Below are positions 8,312 through 16,582 of a stretch of 32,000 nt of DNA, in pieces (position 1 is the stretch's first letter; each line of letters opens with the position of its first letter). Origin of the DNA: Synechococcus sp. Cruz-7E5 (GTDB lineage Bacteria; Cyanobacteriota; Cyanobacteriia; PCC-6307; Cyanobiaceae); assembly GCF_024345995.1 (NCBI RefSeq), contig NZ_JAGQCE010000003.1, positions 112,759-144,758 on the forward strand, in the 5' to 3' direction. A program made the position numbers and the translations under genes. The notes under the pieces are model-generated. The model searched no databases and was not told the origin of the DNA. It was given only the letters and a program-made list of their open reading frames with translations.

Positions 8312-10723
8312 TCACACCGCCAACGCCATAACCGGCACGAACGCCCCCGGTATCGCCCTGTGCAACCGCCAGCGAATCGCCATCGGCCGCTCGCCCTCGT
8401 GGCTCACGTAATCGGCAAAACCGAGGCAAAGAAACGGCAGCGTCACCCCGCCGCGCTTGTTCTCCTCCCGCACGAACAGCATCACCCGGCTGCCCCGCTC
8501 GGCGTGGTGGATGTAGCGCTGGCCCGTGGGTGAGGCTTGCCGCGTGTTGCTCTGGCTCTCCCAGTGGAACTCCCACGGGGAGATGGCGTAGTCGTTGTAG
8601 CGGGTGGTGGGGGAGAACAGGCTCTCGGACTTCTTGAGGGTGATGAAGAAGACGTCGCACTGGGTCACCTCATCGAACAACACCCCCTCACGGCCGGGGA
8701 AAGGCCGGGCGTCGTTAAGCAGGCCGAAGGCGGCGAACACCTCGGCGCGGGCATAGCGGCCGTGGAGTTTGAGGGGGATAGGGCTTGGATCGCTTCGGCC
8801 CCAGTCGAGCGGCGCCACCAGGTGGTCGGTGCGCTCGTGCAGGAGCGCGAACAGCTCCAACAGTTCGGCGCGGAGGGCGGCGGCAGCCCAGAGCCGGACG
8901 AGGGCCTCGGCCAGGGGCACGTGCTGCCGGCCGCTTCCCCACAGCTGGGCCATCAGCATGCGCCAGCTGCGCTCGGTGACGGGATCGAAGCCCGCCGGAT
9001 CGGGCGCGAGGTGCCGCTGCAGCTGATCCGCCAGCCAGCGCAACCGCTCGGGGTCATCCAGGTGCAGAAGGCCGCCAGCGATCCCCCGCCCCAGCCGCTT
9101 CTCATCGTCGCTGGGCTCCCCTGAGGCCGCCCCAGCCGCCACCCACCCCAACTCCCGCTGCAGCAAAGCCCACGACCCCGCCACCTTGTAAAACTCCACC
9201 AGCTCCATCCCAAGCCCCTCCAGCAACCCCGTCAGGGAACAGCGCCCGAGGCGCCGGGCTTCGGCGAGCAGCTGGGGCCTGCGCGTGGGCAACGACTCGC
9301 GCAGATTGGCCAGCACCCGCTCGCTCGACACCCGATCGAGCTGCAGGCTGCAGCCGGCCGGCAGGAAAGGAAAGCCCTCTTTGATTTGCTGCTCCAGCTG
9401 GTCGCGCGTGCCGCCGAGCAGGGCGCGGTAGCGCAGATCGAAGCGGAAGCTCCGGTGGGCCTGGCCGATGAAATCCAGCACTGTGAGGCAGCTCTTGCCG
9501 CGGCAGAGGCGCAGACCGCGGCCGAGCTGCTGCAGGAACACGATCGCGCTCTCGGTGGGCCGCAGGAACAGCACTGTGTCGATCTCGGGGATGTCGAGGC
9601 CTTCGTTGAACAGATCCACGGCGAACAGGATCTGCAGCTCACCGGAGCGCAGGCGGCGGATCTGCTCGGCGCGCTGCTCCCGGGGGCTGGAGGCATCCAG
9701 GGAAGCGGCGCGCAGGCCGGCGGCCACGAACTTGCGGGCCATCCAATGGGCGTGCTCCACCCTCACGCAGAAGCCCAGGGCCCGCATCGCTTCCAGGTTG
9801 GTGACCTTGTCTGCCAGTTCGCGCAGGATCAGGCGCAGGCGGGCGTCGTCGGCGGTGTAGAGGTTGGAGAGGGCCTCGGTGGCGTAGCCGTTGCGGCGCC
9901 ACTCGACCTGCGACAGGTCGGTGCCGTCGTGGAGGCCGAAGTAGTGGAACGGGCACAGCAGGCCCTGATCGAGGGCGCTCCAGAGGCGCAACTCGGCGGC
10001 GATGCGGCCGTCAAACCAATGGAGGATGTCCTCGCCGCCGGTGCGCTCGGGGGTGGCGGTGAGGCCCAGCAGCAGGGCGGGTTCTAGGTGGTGCAGCCAG
10101 CGCTCGTAGCTGGCGGAGGCGGCGTGGTGGAACTCATCGACGATCACCACGTCGAACGTGTCCGGCGCCAGGCCGGCCGGATCCAGCCCAGCGAGCGACT
10201 GCACCGAGGCGAACACATGGCGCCACTGGCTGGGGCGCTGGCCATCCACCAGCAGCTCGCCGAAGGAGCCATCGCGCAGCACCTGGCGGAAGGTGGCGAG
10301 GCTCTGCTGCAGGATCTCGCGCCGGTGGGCCACGAACAGCAGGCTCGGGTGACCCGGACCGCCCTGGCGGGCGTAATCAAGGGCGGCGACCACGGTTTTG
10401 CCCGTGCCGGTGGCGGCCACCACCAGGTTGCGCCAGCGGCCATGGAGGCTGCGCTCTGCCGAGAGCTTGTCGAGGATCTCCTGCTGGTAGGCGTAGGGGC
10501 GGATGTCGAAGAAGCTGAGCGGGGTGGCGTCGGACGCCGACTCCGCCTACACCGCCCGATCAAAACGCCGGCCTTCGATCTCGCTGGCGGCGTAGGGCTC
10601 GAATTCGCCTTCCTCCCAGTAGCTGTCGAAGGCGGCCTGGAACTTGGAGAGGACGCCGTCGTTGTCGTGGGCGGAGAGGCGCACGTTCCACTCCAGGCCG
10701 TCGTGCAGGGCGGCGGCCGTTTT
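8312..10723 (-). pseudogene. PLD-like/SF2 helicase/DUF3427 defence-type protein, 5'-truncated with an in-frame TAG
   Basis: Helicase motifs present: 'AATGTGKT', 'VIVDEFHH', 'LGLTATPER', 'QQLGRGLR'. The DUF3427-type C-terminus is 'FITLKKSESLFSPTTRYNDYAISPWEFHWESQ'. Upstream in frame is '..LHDGLEWNVRLSAHDNDGVLSKFQAAFDSYWEEGEFEPY..RAV*AESASDATPLSFFDIRPYAYQQEIL'. The TAG is at 10549-10547. The frame closes at 10724-10726, where GC content drops. Confidence 0.85.
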
Positions 10724-10855
10724 TCAGGAGACCCTAATCATGGGTTGAATAAGTAACTTGGCGTGAAAACTTCTGTCGCGATTCGTCTGCATAGCCGCAT
10801 AATGCAGATATTGATAGACTGCTGTGGCTAGCCGCAAAACAGGCTAGAAGTCCCC

Positions 10856-11971
10856 ATGACGCTTAAACTTGTGCCTTCAATCTATGAGGTCTACGGGTTC
10901 GGACCAAATGATAATACAGCTGAAGCGCAACAAGCTCGCTTTACTGCAACTTGTCCATTTATTGGCGGCAGGTGCGATGGAGGGGGCAATAGGCATCAAA
11001 CGAAGATAAAGCTAGGAACGTCTCCATTGAGAGATAATTTTGAGCCATCACTTGATTCCGTGGTTCCCGGAATTTGTTCAATTCAACACGGAGGTACAAT
11101 TTGGGTGGTCTGTCCGCGAAGGCTGCTTGGATTTGGCGGGAGTCCCGATTCAGCTCAAGTCAACTATGCACTACAAGAGCATGAAAAAGAAGCACTTCTA
11201 GCCTCAGGTTTGCCGGCTGGTATTGAACTAGGTGTTTGGGCCGAAGTGTACCTTAACTATGGAGACGATGAAACTACAATTAACTACCACTTTGACTTTG
11301 TCATTTCCGAGCTTCATCGGAATGCCAGTTTTCATGAGATGATTGGAAGTTACGGAGCCATTGAAGATGCTGAGCATATTGATCTTGTTGCCGCAGCAAG
11401 AAAGGGGCAGTATATCCAAGGTCGCCTAGATCAAAATGCTCCGATAAGCGTGCTTCCTAATTTACAGCACCCATATATCATTGAAGTAATGACAGCGAGT
11501 ACTTCGGGTTCAGACACAAGTGCTGGAACCGACATAGCATCATCATTCAGTGACGCTATTCTTGGAAGAAGCCACAGTTGTCCGGGTATTAATAAGCGTC
11601 AAGTTTGGGGAAGAATGGCGACCCAGCTATTTGCAAAGTCTGCTTTAGCAGACGCTTGGGGCGGCAAGACTGTTTGGGTTGTTCAAGATGAACTTCTAAA
11701 GAATATAGCATTAACAACAAAGCTTGGAATGATGACTGACGGTAATATTGGAGGCGTTGACAAAATTAGCTTTGTAGGCTTGAGCTATAGAAAAGAAGAT
11801 GAAGATGGATGCTCTATGCAAGTTGTCGGCTTGCATGAAAAGAGGTCTGGACTTGATTTTGCAGGCAGTGGAAAGTGTGTGGATATACTTTTGCCAAAAG
11901 TATATCCATGCAAAAAGGAGTTGCTAAAGTCTGTTCTCAGAAGAAAACTTTCCGCCTTAATAGTACTGTAG
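10856..11971 (+). CDS. Type II restriction endonuclease, NotI-family-like
   Basis: 371 aa, AT-richer than the flanks, and convergent with a C5-methyltransferase 5 nt away. The N-terminal Cys cluster 'CPFIGGRCDGGG...GICSIQHGGTIWVVCPRRLL' and 'IIEVMTAS' resemble NotI 'CPF..C.K...GVC..DWLVCPNR' and 'LEIQTMD' (from memory). Confidence 0.65.
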   Translation: MTLKLVPSIYEVYGFGPNDNTAEAQQARFTATCPFIGGRCDGGGNRHQTKIKLGTSPLRDNFEPSLDSVVPGICSIQHGGTIWVVCPRRLLGFGGSPDSAQVNYALQEHEKEALLASGLPAGIELGVWAEVYLNYGDDETTINYHFDFVISELHRNASFHEMIGSYGAIEDAEHIDLVAAARKGQYIQGRLDQNAPISVLPNLQHPYIIEVMTASTSGSDTSAGTDIASSFSDAILGRSHSCPGINKRQVWGRMATQLFAKSALADAWGGKTVWVVQDELLKNIALTTKLGMMTDGNIGGVDKISFVGLSYRKEDEDGCSMQVVGLHEKRSGLDFAGSGKCVDILLPKVYPCKKELLKSVLRRKLSALIVL

Positions 11972-11976
11972 ATATC

Positions 11977-13077
11977 TCAAGAAATCAGTCGCTTAATCTG
12001 CTCCCCAACTGCATGTGCCAACGGCGGAGGTACAGCATTTGCTACGAGCCGGTGTTGATCAAGGTCCCGCACAGTTCCAGTTCTTGCACGGATCGGTCCA
12101 AAAAGCATATGTGAATCCGGAAAGCCATGTAGTCTCATGTATTCACGCGGAGTGAGATATCTATTGTCGGATGGATGGTAAAAGGCCTCGCCACCCCTCA
12201 ATGTAAGAGCTGGCTTACTCCACGACATTCTCCGAAACTTAGTGGTATCTTTTTCCGGATCAAGCCTCATTCGCTGATCTTTAGGCAAGTGGAATTGCCT
12301 TGCGAGGCATTCGCCTTCGGGAACACCATTGATTCTCTCCTGATCACGTTTTGGAGTGATGTCAACATGGCTAGGAACAACGGGGGTTCCGTCACCCTTT
12401 CTACAGGGCTTTGGCAAGTCCGATATCGCATCGCCAACTGTAAGATATGGAAGCAGATCGTTGAACAGGCTAGTTTGCGCACTGGCCCTGCTTGAATCGA
12501 AATGCGTAGGCTCGGGAAAGTCAAAATCGGTTAAGTCTCTCATCGCCAGTATAATTACACGGTCCCTAAGTTGAGGAGTCCCATAATCAGCAGCTCGAAG
12601 TACGCGGTACTTTACGCAATACCCAATTTCATTGAGCGATTGGATAAGGGATGCAAGAACAGAGCCACTCTTGCCGTCCTTTCCCTTCGCACTGAGTAAG
12701 CCTTTCACCTGTTCAATTAGAACAGCCTTGGGGCGAAAAGCTTTTGCGTATTCCAACATTTGATACAACAGAATACCTCTGTCGTCTTCAACAGATTTTC
12801 TACTACCAATTAGAGAAAAAGACTGACATGGGGGTCCGCCTGCAAGCAAGTCTAGTTCTCCAGATGTGATCCCCAGATCATCAAGCAGTTGGTTAGGCCT
12901 AAAGTCCCGAATGTCCCCGCCAAGCAGGGGGGTTATCCCTTTTTGCTTGCACCAGTGTTGAAGAGTTAGAAAGGCATGTTTGTCGACTTCACTGCAAAAT
13001 ATAGGTGCAAATCCAGCTCTGTGCAGACCCTCATCAAGTCCACCAATTCCACTAAAAAGTGAGATAGCAGTGAGCAC
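11977..13077 (-). CDS. DNA (cytosine-5) methyltransferase
   Basis: Motif I 'LFSGIGGLDEG', motif IV 'GGPPCQSFS', motif VI-like 'IEQVKGL', motif VIII 'QLRDRVI', motif X 'ANAVPPPLA'. Low-GC gene. Confidence 0.95.
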   Translation of the reverse strand: MLTAISLFSGIGGLDEGLHRAGFAPIFCSEVDKHAFLTLQHWCKQKGITPLLGGDIRDFRPNQLLDDLGITSGELDLLAGGPPCQSFSLIGSRKSVEDDRGILLYQMLEYAKAFRPKAVLIEQVKGLLSAKGKDGKSGSVLASLIQSLNEIGYCVKYRVLRAADYGTPQLRDRVIILAMRDLTDFDFPEPTHFDSSRASAQTSLFNDLLPYLTVGDAISDLPKPCRKGDGTPVVPSHVDITPKRDQERINGVPEGECLARQFHLPKDQRMRLDPEKDTTKFRRMSWSKPALTLRGGEAFYHPSDNRYLTPREYMRLHGFPDSHMLFGPIRARTGTVRDLDQHRLVANAVPPPLAHAVGEQIKRLIS

Positions 13078-13277
13078 GGGATCACGCAGGTCAGAGCAAC
13101 AGTAGCACAGATGTACTCCCTAGTCAAGCTGGTGCCCCTTGGCTATACACAAACTTTCATTGAGGCGTGCATCCTGGCAGTCCATCATAGCCATTCACCT
13201 GATCCGCTACCGCGGGGTCCCTGCCATCACAGCATCATTCTGAGGCCAGGTGATGGCAGGCATTCGACAATTCAGTC

Positions 13278-13757
13278 TCAATACCCCTGCTTTCTAGCAA
13301 TTACCCCCCGCACCCCACCCCGCGGCTGCTCGCAATCCCCCTCCCGCCGTGGAATCAGATGCCAGTGCGCATGAAACAACGTCTGCCCCGCCGCCTCGCT
13401 TGAGTTCAGCCCCCCTCATGCGTTGAGCAAACCAGCCCAGCCGCTGATCGTGGCGTCCTGGGCACGCAGCTTGCTCCACCACGGCGTTCCACTCCGGCTG
13501 GTGCAGCTCCAGCCCGTCGGCCCCATGACGACGCGGGATCACCAGGCTGTGCCCCTCGCTCACGGGATAGGCATCGGCGATGCACAGCGCCAGCTCGTTC
13601 TTCAGCAGCACCCGGCCACAGCCCTCCAGCGCGCAGAACACACAGTCCGCTTCGCGGTGGCCGTAGCTGGCCTGCATACCGCGGAAGCAGAACGCCTGCA
13701 GGTTGCTGATGGCGGCGGAACCGCCATGGTTCCTAGGTGCTCCCATATCCAGGGCCA
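13278..13757 (-). pseudogene. HNH-HIT gene fragment A (3' ~480 nt, frameshifted)
   Basis: The minus strand reads '..PRNHGGSAAISNLQAFCFRGMQASYGHREADCVFCALEGCGRVLLKNELALCIADAYPVSEGHSLVIPRRHGADGLELHQPEWNAVVE'. A deletion of about 20 nt and a frame change follow, then 'FHAHWHLIPRREGDCEQPRGGVRGVIARKQGY*'. Confidence 0.7.
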
Positions 13758-13813
13758 AGCTGGGTGCTCTAAGTGCCAGTGTGCATCAATCCGGCGTATA
13801 ACAAGCGGGAAAG

Positions 13814-14686
13814 ATGGTATCCAAAGCGTCTCGAGAAATGGCTACTGACTGGTCAAGAGAGGAAGTCGCAGCAACCGTGGCGGACTACTTCGCCATGCTT
13901 GCTGCTGAACTCTCCGGGGTTCCTTACAATAAAGCAGCTCACCGGCGTGCGCTGATTAAGCGCCTCTCAGTTCGTTCGGCGCAGTCCGTTGAGTTCAAAC
14001 ATGCGAATATCAGTGCCGTACTGATTGACCTGGGATTCCCTTATATTACTGGTTACAAGCCTCGATCCAACTATCAAGGCCTGCTGCATGACGTTGTTTC
14101 CGAGAGGCTTGTATCTGATAGCCAGCTCCTGAATGTTGCGGCCGCAGATGCTGACAGGCCGATCGTGGTGCCGGAAGTTGAAGACATTCTTGGAGTGCTC
14201 ACCACACCTCCAGCCATGCAGTCCGGAGACAAGGAACCTGGTAGAGGAAGTATTCAGGCAACGCGGGCATGTATCTCAGTCAACTACTTGGAGAGAGAAG
14301 CGCGTAATCGCTCGCTTGGTACTGCTGGTGAGCTCTTTGTCTTGAACTTTGAGCGTGCAAGGCTGATCAACCTTGGCAAAGAAAGGCTAGCCGAGAAAGT
14401 CGAGCACACATCGCAAACGCGCGGCGACGGGGCCGGCTTTGACATTCTCTCTTATGAGGAGACTGGCGCCGATAGGCTCATTGAAGTAAAAACAACAAAG
14501 TATGGACGAGAAACTCCGTTCTTCGTGTCCAGAAACGAGCTTGCGGTGTCAGAATCAGAAGCATCTCGTTACTATCTCTACCGTTTGTTTGGATTCAATG
14601 TTAAGCCTCGTCTTTTCACCCTTGCTGGCGCCTTCTCGGAATCATGCAGGCTTTCTCCTTCAAGCTATCTGGCATCCGTTATCTGA
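13814..14686 (+). CDS. DUF3883 domain protein (PD-(D/E)XK-like nuclease C-domain)
   Basis: 290 aa. The C-terminal 'GELFVLNFERARL...DGAGFDILSYEETGADRLIEVKTTKYGRETPFFVSRNELAVSESEASRYYLYRLF' is the DUF3883 core. The N-terminal 'SVEFKHANISAVLIDLGFPYITGYKPRSNYQ' module recurs in restriction-type proteins. GC is lower than in the flanks. Confidence 0.8.
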   Translation: MVSKASREMATDWSREEVAATVADYFAMLAAELSGVPYNKAAHRRALIKRLSVRSAQSVEFKHANISAVLIDLGFPYITGYKPRSNYQGLLHDVVSERLVSDSQLLNVAAADADRPIVVPEVEDILGVLTTPPAMQSGDKEPGRGSIQATRACISVNYLEREARNRSLGTAGELFVLNFERARLINLGKERLAEKVEHTSQTRGDGAGFDILSYEETGADRLIEVKTTKYGRETPFFVSRNELAVSESEASRYYLYRLFGFNVKPRLFTLAGAFSESCRLSPSSYLASVI

Positions 14687-14716
14687 TCTCTTTGATGCTG
14701 GTCTACAGAGCACATC

Positions 14717-15552
14717 TCAATAGCTCCGATGCTCCGCAATCACCCCACGCGCCCCACCTCTCGGCTCCTCGCAATCCCCCTCCCGCCTCGGAATCAGATG
14801 CCAGTGCGGATGAAACACCGTCTGCCCCGCCGCCTCGCCTGAGTTCAGCCTCCCTCTTGCGTTGAGCAAACCAGCCCAGCCGCTGATCGTGGCGTCCTGG
14901 GCACGCAGCTGCTCCCGTCGCAGCTTCAGTAGCTCCACCACGGCGTTCCACTCCGGCTGGTGCAGCTCCAGCCCGTCGGCCCCATGACGGCGCGGGATCA
15001 CCAGGCTGTGCCCCTCGTTCTCCAGCAGCACCCGTCCGCTGTCCTCCAGCGAGCAGAACACACAGCCTGCTTCGCAGTGGCCGTAGCCGGCCTAGACGCC
15101 GCGGAAGTCGGTGCGCCCTCTTGCGTAGGCACACAGCCGTCGCGCTTGCCGGCGTTGCAGCGGAAGCAGAGCGCCTGCAGGTTGCTGATGGGGCCAGAGC
15201 CGCCCTGGTTCCTGGGGATGGTGTGGTCCACCTCCAGGGCCCGATGGTGCTCGCGGAAGGCATCGAGGCGCTGGCGGCAGAGCTCCAGCAGCGCGTCGCG
15301 CTCGCCATCGCTCAACGCGTCGCCGCCGATCAGGCAGTCGTGGCGATCGCCATAGGCGGTGATGCCGATGAAGGTGAACCCGGCCCACCATGCGCTTGCC
15401 AGGATCCGGCAGGCGATGTCCTGCGCTGGGGCCTGGCTGCGGCGGCCCAGCAGCTCCATGAGCAGCAACGCTTGGTCGATGGGGGTCATGCGCATGCGTT
15501 CGGCGATGAACTGCCGCAGGCGCAGGTAGGTGGCGGAGGGGGGCGGGGGCAT
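14717..15552 (-). pseudogene. HNH-HIT fusion gene, most complete copy (B), inactivated
   Basis: N-terminal region: 'MPPPPSATYLRLRQFIAERMRMTPIDQALLLMELLGRRSQAPAQDIACRIL'. HNH core: 'ALEVDHTIPRNQGGSGPISNLQALCFRCN'. A frame change and a TAG follow ('DFRGV*AGYGH'). HIT part: 'CVFCSLEDSGRVLLENE[gap]GHSLVIPRRH...GQTVFHPHWHLIPRREGD..RGGARGVIAEHRSY*'. Confidence 0.75.
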
Positions 15553-15698
15553 GGGGCCATCCTGGCCGGGTGAGACGGGGGTGGCACTTGTAAAGGGAGG
15601 AAACACAGGTCAGCCAGGTCGCCATGTCCAGCTCGCGATCACCCGAGCCCTTTGCCACCGCCTTGCATGCCTACGCACCACGTTGGTAGAGTCTCGAT

Positions 15699-15992
15699 GT
15701 GATCAGGTCGTTTCGTTGCCGCGACACCCAGGCCCTCTTTGAAGGGAAGCCAGGGCGCCGCTTTGGAGGCTTCGCTCGTGTGGCGTTCCGCAAGCTCGCC
15801 ATCCTCGACGCCGCCGGATGCCTCAACGATCTGAAGATCCCACCGGGCAATCGCCTGGAGCCGCTCAGGGGGAACCGCCATGGCCAGCACAGGGCCTGTC
15901 TCTGAAAACAGTGCATCAACGACCAGTTCAGACTCTGCTTTGTCTGGACGGAAGCCGGGCCAGAGGAGGTCGAGATCGTTGACTACCACTGA
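15699..15992 (+). pseudogene. higB: HigB (RelE/ParE superfamily) toxin with in-frame TGA
   Basis: The sequence reads 'MIRSFRCRDTQALFEGKPGRRFGGFARVAFRKLAILDAAGCLNDLKIPPGNRLEPLRGNRHGQH RACL*KQ CINDQFRLCFVWTEAGPEEVEIVDYH*'. The stop at 15903-15905 is in the same frame as both halves. Confidence 0.75.
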
Positions 15993-15996
15993 CGTG

Positions 15997-16281
15997 ATGC
16001 TCGTGCCACCTGGCGAGGTGCTGCTGGAGGAGTTCCTGCGGCCCATGGGAATCAGCCAGTACCGGTTGGCGCTGGCGATCGGTGTGCCGGAGAGCCGCAT
16101 CAACGCGATCGTGAAGGGCAAACGGGCAATCACTGCCGACACCGATCTGCGCCTGTGCCGTTTCTTCGGCCTGAGCGAGGGCTTCTGGCTGCGGATGCAA
16201 GGGAGCCACGATCTGAAGCTGGCGAAGCAGGCCCTGGAAAGCGTGCTGCCGACGATCGAGCCAATTCAGCCAATGTTGTGA
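15997..16281 (+). CDS. higA: HigA antitoxin (XRE-type HTH)
   Basis: 'MLVPPGEVLLEEFLRPMGISQYRLALAIGVPESRINAIVKGKRAITADTDLRLCRFFGLSEGFWLRMQ' is a canonical HigA. The ATG lies 5 nt after the higB stop and is internal to track ORF 15880..16281. Confidence 0.85.
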   Translation: MLVPPGEVLLEEFLRPMGISQYRLALAIGVPESRINAIVKGKRAITADTDLRLCRFFGLSEGFWLRMQGSHDLKLAKQALESVLPTIEPIQPML

Positions 16282-16301
16282 GCACGGGTTGCGGTTCAGT
16301 G

Positions 16302-16502
16302 GCAGCAGCTGGTCGCGCTCGGCGTCGCTCAGCTCTACTGCTACGCAGAAGCCTTCGGCTACGCCGCCCACCAGGGCGTAGGTGCCCTTCTCGCAGCGGG
16401 TGATGCCGTTGAAGGTGAACCTTGCCCACCATGCGCTCCCCAGGATCCGGCGGGCCACGTCCTGCGCCGGGGCCGGTAGGTGGCGGATGGGGGCGGGGGC
16501 AT
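16302..16502 (-). pseudogene. HNH-HIT 5' fragment C (internally deleted)
   Basis: The minus strand reads 'MPPPPSATY[deletion]PAPAQDVARRILGSAWWARFTFNGITRCEKGTYALVGG..ELSDAERDQLL'. Homology ends about 20 nt from the higA stop. Confidence 0.65.
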
Positions 16503-16582
16503 GGAGTGATGGTGGCGGCTGCCGCCCCAGCCCCCACCCAAATACTGATGACAAAAGGCACACAGGGTCTTAGGGTGTTGCC

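Noticed and set aside
1936-8420. Possibility that the regularly recurring helicase stubs are a CRISPR array or integron attC sites (a CALIN-type cluster).
   Set aside because: The repeats are 79 to over 1000 nt, of unequal length, and translate collinearly with the helicase C-terminus. The 'spacers' are whole operons. No attC-like R''-L''/L'-R' symmetry, intI gene or cas genes were seen. The integron analogy is kept only as an analogy.
15903-15905. The in-frame TGA in higB as a selenocysteine or programmed-readthrough codon.
   Set aside because: No SECIS-like hairpin is evident downstream. The surrounding 7 codons do not align with HigB homologs, and no Sec is known in this family. A nonsense lesion is the simpler explanation.
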